From: an uncultured Poribacteria bacterium
Lineage (GTDB): Bacteria > Poribacteria > WGA-4E > WGA-3G
Direction: 5' to 3'
DNA length: 64,000 nucleotides
Assembly (NCBI GenBank): GCA_951813565.1
Contig: OX638351.1
Coordinates: 5,280,001 to 5,344,000, forward strand
Made by a program: the position numbers and the translations under genes. The notes under the pieces are model-generated. The model was not told the origin of the DNA, made no database searches, and saw only the letters and a list, made by a program, of their open reading frames with translations. The stretch's first letter is position 1. Every line of letters begins with the position of its first letter. Of the stretch, positions 30,403 to 41,419 are shown piece after piece.

Positions 30403-32043
30403 TTAAAATCGATAAAGTGCTTTCGCTTGGATTTCATTTCCAGTTTCATGTGCATCTTGACGATTTTCAAAGTTTCGTCTCCAAATCCTTGCCCATTCGC
30501 CATAAAATGAATAATGACCAAGAGTAACCCAATTAAAACCGATCTTTAAGCGATGCTCACTTTCTGTAACCCCAGATAGTGGTGTCCACACGTCATCTTT
30601 TGGGGCGTCAGATGGATGATTTTTGTCTATGTTTCCTTCACCGTGGCGTTCAAGCTCGTACCCGAAAACAGTTTCAAGCTTATCTGTAAAACGTCTCCGC
30701 AGTTCGATCCATAGATTATCCGCATCAGAACCGATATGATGTCCAATCGGTGTCGTAAAGTGTTTGTAAACGTTTACAGGATTGACGTGTGTATATGCAT
30801 ATTGATTAATAAAAGCGTATTCTACATGAAAATCAGTATCTGACAGTCCAAATGGATCAGTAAGATAAATGCCGCCGAGGATTCCGAATTTTGTATCCCA
30901 ATGCTTAAAAACAGATACTGGATTTCCATCATCAATCATTACCTCGCCATATATTTCAAAATTGTCTATAGGACACAGGCGTATATCCGCACTTATCAGG
31001 ATATTATCGCCACTACCAGGAACCCGACTATCTGCACGTGAAATTGTCTGTTCGTTAATCAAGTAGATATTGACCGGATTGAGATACCCCAGCTCAAAAC
31101 GGTTTCCGAAAATGATTACCTCAGATATACCTAAACCCAATCTATCCCAGAAATATCCTTCCAACCTATGTCCCGAAATATATTTTTCATTAATTTCGTC
31201 TAATCTATCTTCTAAAATACCCGTGAATGCTGTGAAAGTGGTAGTTTTGTATGTAGTTTGCAACTTTAACATGTCTATTGCAATTGGGTTTGGAGAAATC
31301 AATAGATTGCCGTGATAGCCGGGCCCCCACTGGAGATTGTCTTGTCCAAATTGCAATTCAAACCAAGGGAAGTTAAACTTTAGGTAAGCATTAATCGCTG
31401 TTCGGTACTTCTGTCCAATTTGCAGTTCGCCCTCCAGCTGCCTATATTTAGATTCATCTGGATAAAAATCGTCAAAAATATCTCCATATAGCCATCTGTA
31501 TGCCATATTTGTTGTGAACGCAAAACCCTCTTTGACTTGTCCATAGAGATGCGGAAACCATGTTGTGACGAACATAGTGCCTTCAACCGGTTCTTTTTCA
31601 GACATGTTGTCCACTAACCTGGTAATTGTTCGCTGTCTCCCCCTTAAATCAAATGAAAAACGGTAGGTGGTGTCGTCACTGAGAGTAAACAAATGTGCCC
31701 GCCGATTGGGAGGAGTTTGTGTTCCAACCTCCGAGTAAAAGGCTAACAATTCCTTTAGACGTTTCTGATCGTTGACGCTCAACGTCAGTTCGCCGCTATC
31801 AAGTTTTTGAGACACCTCCACCAGAAAAGATGCAACCTGTTTTCGCGTAAACGGTAAAGAACCTCGCGCTACACCGGACACCACACGTTTGTTAAGTAAA
31901 CGATGAATAAAGCGGTAGGTTTCAGTATTAAAATCGCTTATATCTGGATTAAGTGGGACGTTTATAAGCGATGCGGCATTGGCGCAAGGTAAACACCAGA
32001 AATGTGTAACTAAGCATAATAGTAGAAGGATGCGTAAAATCAT
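30403..32043 (-). CDS. wzi: Capsule assembly Wzi-family outer-membrane protein
   Basis: Signal peptide, G.D..QWGPG..G.L..S.N, GHRLE, YLNP, YGEVMIDD, terminal YRF. Confidence 0.8.
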   Translation of the reverse strand: MILRILLLLCLVTHFWCLPCANAASLINVPLNPDISDFNTETYRFIHRLLNKRVVSGVARGSLPFTRKQVASFLVEVSQKLDSGELTLSVNDQKRLKELLAFYSEVGTQTPPNRRAHLFTLSDDTTYRFSFDLRGRQRTITRLVDNMSEKEPVEGTMFVTTWFPHLYGQVKEGFAFTTNMAYRWLYGDIFDDFYPDESKYRQLEGELQIGQKYRTAINAYLKFNFPWFELQFGQDNLQWGPGYHGNLLISPNPIAIDMLKLQTTYKTTTFTAFTGILEDRLDEINEKYISGHRLEGYFWDRLGLGISEVIIFGNRFELGYLNPVNIYLINEQTISRADSRVPGSGDNILISADIRLCPIDNFEIYGEVMIDDGNPVSVFKHWDTKFGILGGIYLTDPFGLSDTDFHVEYAFINQYAYTHVNPVNVYKHFTTPIGHHIGSDADNLWIELRRRFTDKLETVFGYELERHGEGNIDKNHPSDAPKDDVWTPLSGVTESEHRLKIGFNWVTLGHYSFYGEWARIWRRNFENRQDAHETGNEIQAKALYRF

Positions 32044-32085
32044 CTGATTACAGCCTCCATAGAATAATTTATATTGAAACCAAAT

Positions 32086-34176
32086 TTATTTTATAATTAT
32101 CATTCGGCGTGTCGCTTTCATCTGACCCGCCTGGAGTAAATAAAAATAGACACCGCTTGCAACAAGTTCACCCTCAGAATTACGCCCATCCCAATACGCT
32201 GCCCTTCCTTTTGTCCGATAAGTGCCTGCAGCCTGATAACCCATATTCAGCTTTCTAATGATTTCTCCCTTCAGATTATAGATATCAATGTCTACATCTG
32301 TATCTTGTGCCAAATCATAAGGAATCCATGTTTCTGGATTGAAAGGATTCGGGAAATTCGGAAGAAGGGTTGTTTTTTTAGGGGTTACGGTGTTAAACAG
32401 TGCTTCTAAGTTCGCAATTCCGCTGCGAAAAACGTCGGAACCGTCATCTGCTTGATATGCTTCAGTGAGCCATTCAGAAATGTTTTCAACATGGTCTGAT
32501 GAAACGGATGTTGAGGATGCTGATGCAATACAAGATTCCCCAAAATGCGATGCAACATATAACAAATCTATTATATCAACCTTTCCATCTTTATTCACAT
32601 CTGCTCTCGGATGTTCTGGAGTCTCTTTCCCAAAACTGTTTGAAACTAATATGAGATCTCGGACATCAACGACACCATCGTTGTTTATATCCCATGGTAA
32701 TGTTTGTGGAACTGTAATTTGTTCTGACGCATCTGGCAACGCCGCCTCCCAACCAGCATGAAGTTGTTTACTAAGGTCTGCTACAAGATCACTGTTTTCC
32801 GGAAGATTAGCAATATTGACTGTTTCATTTGGGTCAATGTGATAGTCGTAGAGTTCTCGTCCGCGTTGCCCATTGTTTCCCCATTCAGTATACCTGTACT
32901 GTTTTGTTCGTATAGAATTCCCGTTGGTACCTCCCCGATTAAGTTGACTAAAGACGGCAGTTTTCCACGCCCGAGTCGGTTGTTCAACGATAGGCATCAT
33001 ACTTATCCCCTCCAATTCAGAACTAATAGGTAGTTGACAGGCATCACACAACGTCGGATAGATATCAACCAATTCAACTAAGGCATCAGTTTTGGTGTCG
33101 GGGTAAGTTTGTCCTGGCACGCTGATAATTAACGGTGAACGTGCAGATACCTCAAAAAGAGTATTTTTACCCCATGTTCCATGCTCTCCAAGGTGATAGC
33201 CGTGGTCACCGACAAGAACGACAACTGTATTATCCGTAAGGTTGAGAGCGTCTAATTGCGCCAGAACACGGCCAACAAGAGCATCTGTATAACTTACTGA
33301 CGCAGCATAAGCACGAGTCAATTCTAATATTTTTTCTTGAGAAACAGGTGTTGTTCCATTAGGAACATCTTCATAGGATCTAATTTCATTCCAATTAGTT
33401 CGTGCTATACGCGGCGCGTTTTCTGGTGTTGTAGCATCAGTATCTATGTTAAAAGTCTGGGAATTGTATAAATCGAAGTATTTCTGTGGAGCGTTGTAAG
33501 GTAGATGTGGTTTGTAAAAACCAACAGCAAGAAAAAAAGGTTGATTTTGAATTTGTGCTAATACTTCTGCTACCTTCTCCGCGGTACGCCCATCCCGTAA
33601 TTCATGATCATCCACATCCAGGGCTTTCCATGACGGTGTTGTCGCTTTATCAAATGGTATCCAGGCAGGCCCCCAAGATCGAACACTCCAGGCACGCTCA
33701 TCATGTTGGAGTTCATGGATATGCAAAACTCTACCAATCGCCCGAGTATGATATCCATGCACTTTGAATTGTTGTGGTAATGTCACAGCATTTGGCAGGT
33801 GATCTCGAAAATCCGCTGAATTATCTGTTACACCAATTGTACCCGGCCGCAAACCGGTTATTATCGAAGTTCGAGATGGATTACAGAGTGGATATTGGCA
33901 ATACGCCCGGTTGAAAAGCGTGCCTCGCTTAGCCAAGGCATCAATATTCGGTGTATGCATCTCAGAATGACCGTAGCATCCAAATAGTGGACGGAGATCA
34001 TCAACCATGAAAAACAACACATTGTACTGACAATCAGCATTTGCTCTGAGTTTGGGCAAAAGTCCTGTCGTGAAAGCGGCAGCACCTACCTTCAAAGTTG
34101 TTGATAAGAAATCTCGTCGAGTAAACGGGTAAGAGGATACTTTCTGTTGCTTATCGTTTTTCATGAACCTTTCCAT
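32086..34176 (-). CDS. Tat-exported Cys-type sulfatase (iduronate-2-sulfatase-like) with dockerin-like repeat and C-terminal sorting domain
   Basis: TRRDFL, DDLRP, CNPSR, KPHLP, GDHGYHLGEHG; DINNDGVVD repeat; NFPNPFNPETWIPY. Confidence 0.92.
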   Translation of the reverse strand: MERFMKNDKQQKVSSYPFTRRDFLSTTLKVGAAAFTTGLLPKLRANADCQYNVLFFMVDDLRPLFGCYGHSEMHTPNIDALAKRGTLFNRAYCQYPLCNPSRTSIITGLRPGTIGVTDNSADFRDHLPNAVTLPQQFKVHGYHTRAIGRVLHIHELQHDERAWSVRSWGPAWIPFDKATTPSWKALDVDDHELRDGRTAEKVAEVLAQIQNQPFFLAVGFYKPHLPYNAPQKYFDLYNSQTFNIDTDATTPENAPRIARTNWNEIRSYEDVPNGTTPVSQEKILELTRAYAASVSYTDALVGRVLAQLDALNLTDNTVVVLVGDHGYHLGEHGTWGKNTLFEVSARSPLIISVPGQTYPDTKTDALVELVDIYPTLCDACQLPISSELEGISMMPIVEQPTRAWKTAVFSQLNRGGTNGNSIRTKQYRYTEWGNNGQRGRELYDYHIDPNETVNIANLPENSDLVADLSKQLHAGWEAALPDASEQITVPQTLPWDINNDGVVDVRDLILVSNSFGKETPEHPRADVNKDGKVDIIDLLYVASHFGESCIASASSTSVSSDHVENISEWLTEAYQADDGSDVFRSGIANLEALFNTVTPKKTTLLPNFPNPFNPETWIPYDLAQDTDVDIDIYNLKGEIIRKLNMGYQAAGTYRTKGRAAYWDGRNSEGELVASGVYFYLLQAGQMKATRRMIIIK

Positions 34177-36266
34177 TATTTTATAATTACCATTCGACGT
34201 GTGGCTTTCATCTGACCCGCTTGGAGTGTGTAAAAATAGACCCCACTTGCAACAGGTTCCCCAACTGCATTACGTCCGTCCCAGTACGCTGTACGCGATC
34301 GGGTGCGATACGTGCCAGCAGTCTGATAACCAATTGTTAGTTGACGGATAAGGTTGCCCTTCAGGTCATAAATATCAATTTGAACATTTGCATCTGATGC
34401 CAAATCATAAGGAATCCATGTTTCTGGATTGAAAGGGTTTGGATAGTTGGCCAAGAGAGTGGTTTTTTCTGGCACAACAACATTCATCAGCTCTTCCAGT
34501 TTCGAAATTCCCTTGCGAAAAATTACTGAACCGTTATCTAATTGGCGTGCTTCAGTGATCCACTTTTCGATGTTGTTAATATGCATTGATGAGATACCGG
34601 TTGAATTTTCAGGTGCGGCCTGATGCGTAGATTCACCAAAATGTGCTGCAACCAGAACTAAGTCAATAATGTTAACACTGCCGTCTTGATTCACGTCTGT
34701 TTTCGCGTGTGCCGGTACTTCTGCACCAAAATCGTTGGCAACGAGAACCAGGTCTTGGATATTGACAATACCGTCGTCATTTATATCCCAAGGTAACGTT
34801 TTTGGAACAGGAGTTAGTTCTTGTATATCTGGCAAAGCATCTTGCCAGCCAGCCATTAATCGTTTACTAAGATCGGTAACAAGTTCAGCATTTTCCGTTA
34901 GATTAGCAATATTGACTGTTTCATCTGGTTCAGCGAGATAATCGTAAAGTTCTTTTCCTTTTATCCCATTATTTCCCCATTCAGTATATCGGTATTGGGC
35001 AGTTCGTATAGACTTCCCATTTGTGGTGCCTCGTTTCAGCTGACTAAAAGCGGCTGTTTTCCATGGACGACTCGGTGCCTCAATGACAGGCATCAAACTA
35101 AAACCTTCTAATTGTGATGGCACAGGTATTTGACACGCTTCACATAACGTTGGGTATATATCAACGAGTTCTGTCAGAGCATCTGTTTCATTAGATTGTT
35201 GTCCAGGAACACAGATAATCATAGGAGATCGAAGCGCAACTTCAAAAAGAGTATGCTTTCGCCAAGTGCCGTGCTCTCCAAGATGGAAACCATGGTCACC
35301 AACAAAAACAACCACGGTTTTTTCTGAAAGACCCAGCGTATCTAACTGTTGGATCACACAACCAACTTGTGCGTCCATGTAGCTTGTTGATGCAGCGTAA
35401 GCTCGCATCAATTCTAATGTTTCCTCATCTGATATAGGTCCTTCATCAGGAATATCAAGATATTCTCTCAGCCCATCTAATTTGTTATTTGCGATATCAG
35501 GGGCATCATTCGGTAGCGTGGTAGTTGCAGGCAGAGAGAAGTCTTGTTGTGTGTAGAGATCGTAATATTTCTGTGGCACATAAAAGGGCAGATGCGGTTT
35601 CTCAAAGCCAACAGCGAGGAGAAAGTTTGTGTGTTGTATCTCTGCCAAAACCGAAACTGCTTTTTCAGCGGTTCTGCCATCTGACAGATCGTTATCTTCA
35701 ACATCAAGTGACTGCCAGACAGGAATATGTAAAGGATTAAAGGGGATCCATGGTGGTAACCATGAAGGCACACTCCATGAGTTTGCATCATCCTGTGCTG
35801 CCGCGTTATGACCAATTTTTCCAACAGATTGGGTGTGGTAACCGTGGGCTTTAAAATGCTGTGGAAGTGTTACTGCATCTGGTAACTTCTCACGAAAATC
35901 GTTTCCATTAAAGAAAACTCTTGTTGTGTCAGGTCTTAATCCAGTTAGCATTGATGTCCGGGAGGGGTGACACAACGGAATTTGGCAATAGGATCGGTTG
36001 AAAAGGATCCCTCTTTCAGCAAGCTTATCAATGTTAGGAGTATGCATTTCTGAATGGCCATAGCAGCCTAGCATAGGACGTAGGTCGTCTACGACGATGA
36101 ACAATACATTGTATTGTCCCGCGCCATCTGCACGCAGTTTGGGTAAAAGTCCTGTGGTAAAAGCTGCCGCGCCTGCTTTCAAGCTGGTCGAAAGGAAATC
36201 GCGTCGGGTAAAAGGACGTTTTTGAGAAGGGTGATCTTGTACTGGCAGGATTGAATTTCGTTTCAT
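34176..36266 (-). CDS. Tat-exported Cys-type sulfatase, tandem paralog
   Basis: TRRDFL, DDLRP, CHPSR, KPHLP, GDHGFHLGEHG; dockerin-like repeat; NYPNPFNPETWIPY. Confidence 0.92.
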   Translation of the reverse strand: MKRNSILPVQDHPSQKRPFTRRDFLSTSLKAGAAAFTTGLLPKLRADGAGQYNVLFIVVDDLRPMLGCYGHSEMHTPNIDKLAERGILFNRSYCQIPLCHPSRTSMLTGLRPDTTRVFFNGNDFREKLPDAVTLPQHFKAHGYHTQSVGKIGHNAAAQDDANSWSVPSWLPPWIPFNPLHIPVWQSLDVEDNDLSDGRTAEKAVSVLAEIQHTNFLLAVGFEKPHLPFYVPQKYYDLYTQQDFSLPATTTLPNDAPDIANNKLDGLREYLDIPDEGPISDEETLELMRAYAASTSYMDAQVGCVIQQLDTLGLSEKTVVVFVGDHGFHLGEHGTWRKHTLFEVALRSPMIICVPGQQSNETDALTELVDIYPTLCEACQIPVPSQLEGFSLMPVIEAPSRPWKTAAFSQLKRGTTNGKSIRTAQYRYTEWGNNGIKGKELYDYLAEPDETVNIANLTENAELVTDLSKRLMAGWQDALPDIQELTPVPKTLPWDINDDGIVNIQDLVLVANDFGAEVPAHAKTDVNQDGSVNIIDLVLVAAHFGESTHQAAPENSTGISSMHINNIEKWITEARQLDNGSVIFRKGISKLEELMNVVVPEKTTLLANYPNPFNPETWIPYDLASDANVQIDIYDLKGNLIRQLTIGYQTAGTYRTRSRTAYWDGRNAVGEPVASGVYFYTLQAGQMKATRRMVIIK

Positions 36267-36324
36267 AAGTACGATCTTTTGTGTAGATTAGAATAGTCTT
36301 TTACCGAATCTATTTGAAAGTCCA

Positions 36325-37326
36325 CTAACTATTATACCCTAAACTTGACATCGTGTCATAGAAAATCGGTGCTATCTTTGGGTGTAAATCAAAAGGTTCT
36401 CTTGGCGGCACCGGATTTAGGGTATGCCGCGCATAATTCTGAAAGGTTTTGTCCATTGGCAGTTCACAAAAATCACATAGAGCCGAAAGCGTTTCCTCAG
36501 GTTTTGATGTTAATTCTTCAAAATGAACTTTGTAGGTACAATCGGGTAAGATTTGCATTAGATGCAGCCCTTCACGCATAGTCAATATCCATTCAAGCGC
36601 CGCCCTGTCTAAATGTCGATCAAAATTTTTCACGTCCTCAACAATATTTTTCAAGTCTGCGTCTGTAGTAACCAATTGATCTACTATTAGTTTCCATTTG
36701 CGGTCGTTCACACCCCACCAATCGTGGTTTTCGTCATTAACTTGAACACCGAGTCGTTTTGACCAGTTGGCAATTGAATGGCACGTATCCCACCCATTTC
36801 GCACGAGGAAGATAAAACGTGCATCGGGAAAAAGGGCCTTGACGAAATCAACCCTGAAGATGAGTTCTGGGTATTTATCAACGAGTCGTTTTGAACCAGT
36901 AACTGACAAATAAGCACCAAACATCTGAGCAGCACGTTGACACATTTTGTCTGTTGCTTCTTCATCTGTGAGGCGGTACTTCGCGTGGTTTAAACTATAG
37001 TTGCCGATGATGTCCTCATGTGGATGAATGAGGTGCCACATCGCTTTCGGTTCATTCAGGTACCCAACATCTTTATGCATGGAAAGCACTACCCCTAAGA
37101 TTGTAGTTCCACTTCGCCCCGTGCCAAGAATGAAGATAGGTTTTTCAACAGGTGTGAATCGCCTACTACTTCTCGCAGCCCTTTTGAGAATAGAAAATAT
37201 GATCGGATTTATCCACCTACCTTTTGTTGTTACAGGACGTCCTTCAAAAAGGGTATAACTTATCAGACGAGTTATTGCTTTTGTGGGACGCGTTATGATA
37301 TAGTCAGAATTAAGTTGGGCAATCAT
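36325..37326 (-). CDS. Sulfotransferase
   Basis: 5'-PSB IFILGTGRSGTTIL; DKYP; 3'-PB LVRNGWD...S. Confidence 0.92.
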   Translation of the reverse strand: MIAQLNSDYIITRPTKAITRLISYTLFEGRPVTTKGRWINPIIFSILKRAARSSRRFTPVEKPIFILGTGRSGTTILGVVLSMHKDVGYLNEPKAMWHLIHPHEDIIGNYSLNHAKYRLTDEEATDKMCQRAAQMFGAYLSVTGSKRLVDKYPELIFRVDFVKALFPDARFIFLVRNGWDTCHSIANWSKRLGVQVNDENHDWWGVNDRKWKLIVDQLVTTDADLKNIVEDVKNFDRHLDRAALEWILTMREGLHLMQILPDCTYKVHFEELTSKPEETLSALCDFCELPMDKTFQNYARHTLNPVPPREPFDLHPKIAPIFYDTMSSLGYNS

Positions 37327-37349
37327 GTTTTCATTGGATCAATATTTGG

Positions 37350-38408
37350 CTACAGACGTCTTTTTATAGTTTCACGGATGTTCTTTATTCTATCAAGGTT
37401 ACAGACAAATGCTGCAGCCAATTTAATTGGAAATGCAAGGATATTAACAACCAAACTAAAAACGTTTGGACGAATTGAAATAGAAACATAGTTATGCTTT
37501 TCCATCAGTGTTCTATTTATTTTTTGGGATATGTAAATTTCAGTGTTAGAGAGTGTTCTTCGGTTTTCGGACGGGATAAGATCAGCATCTTTTTTTCCAT
37601 TTTGACCAAATTGCCAGTTACTTGCACGAGTTGGGTTTATACCGAGTTGATCAGGTTTATCTGTGTTAACAGATGAACCAACTTGCGGCACCTGAATCAT
37701 TGCAGTCGCGTAATCAATACCTGTAAATTGACAAACATCATAAACCGTGGCTTCAGGAGATGTAAGTAGTTTTTCAAAGTAAATTGAAATAACGCGTTCA
37801 TTATCAGCAAATTTATCTGCGGCGGAAACAGCGGTCTGCCAGATTCGACTGATAGTAATAGGATGATAGTTAATCCAATCACGGAGCGTCTCTTTCATCG
37901 GCATATCGGTGCCTCCGAGGAAGCGACGTTTCCATTTTTGCTTTTGCGATAGGAGTACATCGCGCGGATCCCGAATCATGTTGATAATCTTTGCTTGTGG
38001 ATAAAATTGTAGGATGTTGTCGATGTAAAATACATTGCGAGGCGTTTGATCACAAGGAATAGTTTTACTGTTTCTTAATGTTTCGTAATGAAGGAACGCT
38101 GAAAAAAGAAGGTCGGGTGTTACAGGATATTCGGCAAATTCACTAAGAAAACGCCGGGATTCTGGCAGAAAACTGCTTGGCTTACCATGCGTGCGGTAAC
38201 CTTCGCGCTGAATACAGAGTAGCTGCGAAGCCATTTTTTCTGTTTTCTGTTTATCTAATTCAGATGAGGATGCGGGAGACCACAACTGTCCAAAAAAATG
38301 TAGTTCGCCAAAAGTATAAACATCAGAATGCTTCCCCAAAATACGTCCCATCATTGTTGTTCCACTTCGGCTATTCCCTACAACAAAAAACATTTTATCC
38401 GGTTTCAC
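37350..38408 (-). CDS. Sulfotransferase
   Basis: 5'-PSB FVVGNSRSGTTMM; 3'-PB IRDPRDVLLS. Confidence 0.92.
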   Translation of the reverse strand: MKPDKMFFVVGNSRSGTTMMGRILGKHSDVYTFGELHFFGQLWSPASSSELDKQKTEKMASQLLCIQREGYRTHGKPSSFLPESRRFLSEFAEYPVTPDLLFSAFLHYETLRNSKTIPCDQTPRNVFYIDNILQFYPQAKIINMIRDPRDVLLSQKQKWKRRFLGGTDMPMKETLRDWINYHPITISRIWQTAVSAADKFADNERVISIYFEKLLTSPEATVYDVCQFTGIDYATAMIQVPQVGSSVNTDKPDQLGINPTRASNWQFGQNGKKDADLIPSENRRTLSNTEIYISQKINRTLMEKHNYVSISIRPNVFSLVVNILAFPIKLAAAFVCNLDRIKNIRETIKRRL

Positions 38409-40030
38409 TTTCTGACCTCAATCACACCAAAACTGTTCTTAGGAATCAAGAGTTCTGCGGTATTTCCTACCCATTCCTCAACACGCACCTCAATTTTGCT
38501 TGAGCCTTCCATTTCAGCATTGCCGCCGTTGGTTGCAGTGAGACTCTCATTGGCAACATAACGATATCTGACTTCGCTTTTGAACCGTTTTCCATCAATA
38601 GCAAGTTGTGGGAACAGATCATCTGAGGTGCGATTGCTAACCAAAATGTAGACGGTTTCAGTGTTTCCGATCGCTTGAACCTGAATCCCCGCCATCTGTT
38701 TACCTTTATATTCCAATTGTCCTTCAAGCATCGGTAAATTTTGTGTAGATACAGCAAACTGCGTATCTGATTCTGCAAATGCTTCACCTATTAATTGAAA
38801 AGAATAGTAGACAGTACGGCGAATTGTATCTCCAAAATCTGATTCTGGTTCCCCACCATATTTCCAAAAGGTGCGTTTTGATGCAGGCGTAATCCGCGAA
38901 AAAACTGGAAATCCTTTGCCCGGACCAGTAATCACGTGAAAGTTTGCTTGTGTTATGTTTGGTATACTGAGCAATTTCAGAAAAAAATCGCCTGCGTACA
39001 TTGCATGAAGTTGTGTATTAGCGACGCGGTTCGCAGGATTAGCAATATTCCACTCTGTTACCCACATCTCCTTATTAGGAAATAAATTTTCATAGTACTC
39101 CATGGCCTCTTCAATGCCGAAGTGAATCCATCCGAAGAGATAACCCCGCATCATCTCAATATCTGTTTTTCGTACTGCTTTATAGGCGTAGACATGCACA
39201 GTGTATGCATCATACCAACTATTTGTTAAGGGATAAGTGTTCTCAGCGAGCTTTTCATCCCATTTGCGTTGTGCTGTTTTTATTAACCATCCCTCTTTGT
39301 GGAAAGCTACAGGAGTCGCGCATACAGACACTTTTATATCAGGATTAACAGCTTTCATTGCTAAGGCATGTTTTTTTGCTTCCTTCATATAGATTTCAGC
39401 AGTGCGAAATTTGTTAGCATAATGCGGAAGATAATACTCATTGCCAAGTTCCCAATGTGTAATCTTGTATCCCTTTGTTTTGGCATAACGCACCCATTCA
39501 GCGCTCTCATTGGGAGTACCCGTCCACAAATTAACAACGACAATAGGTGTTATGTTCAATTCTTGGCACAACTGCATAAAATCGTCAAATGAAATTATGC
39601 CGTTCCGCCGCTTTTGGAGCCTAACGTAATTCCCTTTATTTCGCCTATTAAGTTGAGGACTGAGAGTTGACCCCATTTCATCTTCAACAAAACCGGCAAT
39701 TCTCCAATGATAGAAATTGCCAACTGTGCCGCCAGGGAATCTTAATGTTTTCGGTTGAAGTGCTTTTGTTAGAGCAAAAAAATCTGTATCAAGATATCCA
39801 TAATCTCCACTTATCATATTCGTATTGAAGCCAAAAAGTTCTTTTCTCAAACGAGTTTTTGCTTGTGTGTTAACCTCAAAGCGGACTCCTCCAGAAATTA
39901 GAGATTTTTTCTCACAACCACGAATTACTACTAAGAATAGCAGACATATTACTAAAATGATAGACAATAAAAATGCTATTGATGAAAATGATTTCCGTTT
40001 ATCAGTTCGCTCTTGGTCAACATTTCTCAT
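38405..40030 (-). CDS. Membrane-anchored clan GH-A glycoside hydrolase (GH79/GH51-like)
   Basis: LRFPGGT, WELGNE (acid/base), WVTEWN (nucleophile), N-terminal TM. Confidence 0.8.
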   Translation of the reverse strand: MRNVDQERTDKRKSFSSIAFLLSIILVICLLFLVVIRGCEKKSLISGGVRFEVNTQAKTRLRKELFGFNTNMISGDYGYLDTDFFALTKALQPKTLRFPGGTVGNFYHWRIAGFVEDEMGSTLSPQLNRRNKGNYVRLQKRRNGIISFDDFMQLCQELNITPIVVVNLWTGTPNESAEWVRYAKTKGYKITHWELGNEYYLPHYANKFRTAEIYMKEAKKHALAMKAVNPDIKVSVCATPVAFHKEGWLIKTAQRKWDEKLAENTYPLTNSWYDAYTVHVYAYKAVRKTDIEMMRGYLFGWIHFGIEEAMEYYENLFPNKEMWVTEWNIANPANRVANTQLHAMYAGDFFLKLLSIPNITQANFHVITGPGKGFPVFSRITPASKRTFWKYGGEPESDFGDTIRRTVYYSFQLIGEAFAESDTQFAVSTQNLPMLEGQLEYKGKQMAGIQVQAIGNTETVYILVSNRTSDDLFPQLAIDGKRFKSEVRYRYVANESLTATNGGNAEMEGSSKIEVRVEEWVGNTAELLIPKNSFGVIEVRK

Positions 40031-41376
40031 AAAGTAATCCTTAGCGGTTTATATGTTTTAAGTGAAGCGTCACTTGCAAACATTAGTCCTGCACATAGCC
40101 AAAAATAGAATCCATAGCCGCGAAATTCAAGTGTCCGATTAAAAAATAGCAGGAATACAGTAACTGTAACGAGACAAAGCATTACCATTGCTATTTCCTT
40201 TGTGTATCTACTCACTGCACGCTTGTAAAGACTTAACGCTGCAATGAAAAGGCGGAGAAATATTAGACTGAATAAACCTAACCCTAATAAACCATAGAAA
40301 CAGAGGATAGCCACCCAATACACATCCTTAAATCCCCTTTTACTCAGTACTTTCAAAAGAAATGAACGTTTGCTCATATTCAGTTTTTCAATTGTGCTAT
40401 TCTGATCTGCACCATATCCTAAAATCGGTTTGTTTGCGAGAACTGTCGGTACGTTTCCAATTAATGCACCGAGTCTCTGTTTTTGCGCAACACGCACATA
40501 AGAACCAGAGAACACACCTGTTAGATTTCCTACCAAACCAACTTTTGCTTTTCTCGGATTAACATATTCCAAACCAAATGGGTTCACTATTGCTAAGACA
40601 ACTCCGAAGACAAGTAATATCGCTAACGATAAGCGTAGTGTTTTCTTCCAACCGTAGTGAAAAAAGTACCATGCTGCACAAGCAAGAATCGCAGAAAAAG
40701 TAGCAGCGCGTGAATAAGAACGCGCAATAAACATTAACAATACAACTATACCGAGTAGATTCAGGTACTCTAACCGTCTTACACGTGAAAGAAAAATGAC
40801 AAGAACAAGAATCATAAACACCCCGTAAATAACCGTATCTCCTAAAGTGCCGTAGATACTTCCAATTTCTCGACCAAGTTCAAGCAATCTATACTCTTTT
40901 GTGAAGCCACCCACTTCAAGCGTTGACGCTCGCGGAAGGAAGAAGTCAAAAGCACTACGACCACCCGCCCATTGAATCATACCTGTAAAGAGTTGCGCTA
41001 CACCAACACACAAAATTATCCGTAGAAGAGTCGCAATCCGTTTTTCAGACAAAGGTGAATTAGCAATCAGATAAAAGAGAACGATATACCGCGCGAATGG
41101 ACGAATATTATAAAGACTCCCAATCAATGGCGAACGGTTTATCACCATAGAAATAAAAACTACGATGTAAAACCCGATAACCGGGATATCTATTGCTGTT
41201 TTGACGAAGGGAATTCCCTTGTAGAGCTTGTGAATAACAAGTTTTGCAAATGCTGCGTAGATAAACAATTCACCTAAGAATCTTAGGTAGGAGTAGACAG
41301 CATCACTGACAGGAAGAAATTTCAGCACAAACTCTTCAAAAGCGACGTATCCTGTGAGGAAATAGATTATTAACAT
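40027..41376 (-). CDS. Wzy-like polysaccharide polymerase / O-antigen ligase family
   Basis: Polytopic membrane protein; GTLG, SYSRA, PILGYG, YGLLGL. Confidence 0.8.
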   Translation of the reverse strand: MLIIYFLTGYVAFEEFVLKFLPVSDAVYSYLRFLGELFIYAAFAKLVIHKLYKGIPFVKTAIDIPVIGFYIVVFISMVINRSPLIGSLYNIRPFARYIVLFYLIANSPLSEKRIATLLRIILCVGVAQLFTGMIQWAGGRSAFDFFLPRASTLEVGGFTKEYRLLELGREIGSIYGTLGDTVIYGVFMILVLVIFLSRVRRLEYLNLLGIVVLLMFIARSYSRAATFSAILACAAWYFFHYGWKKTLRLSLAILLVFGVVLAIVNPFGLEYVNPRKAKVGLVGNLTGVFSGSYVRVAQKQRLGALIGNVPTVLANKPILGYGADQNSTIEKLNMSKRSFLLKVLSKRGFKDVYWVAILCFYGLLGLGLFSLIFLRLFIAALSLYKRAVSRYTKEIAMVMLCLVTVTVFLLFFNRTLEFRGYGFYFWLCAGLMFASDASLKTYKPLRITL

Positions 41377-41419
41377 TTTTCACACACTAATCGGACAAGA
41401 GGAATATTGGTTTTGAACG

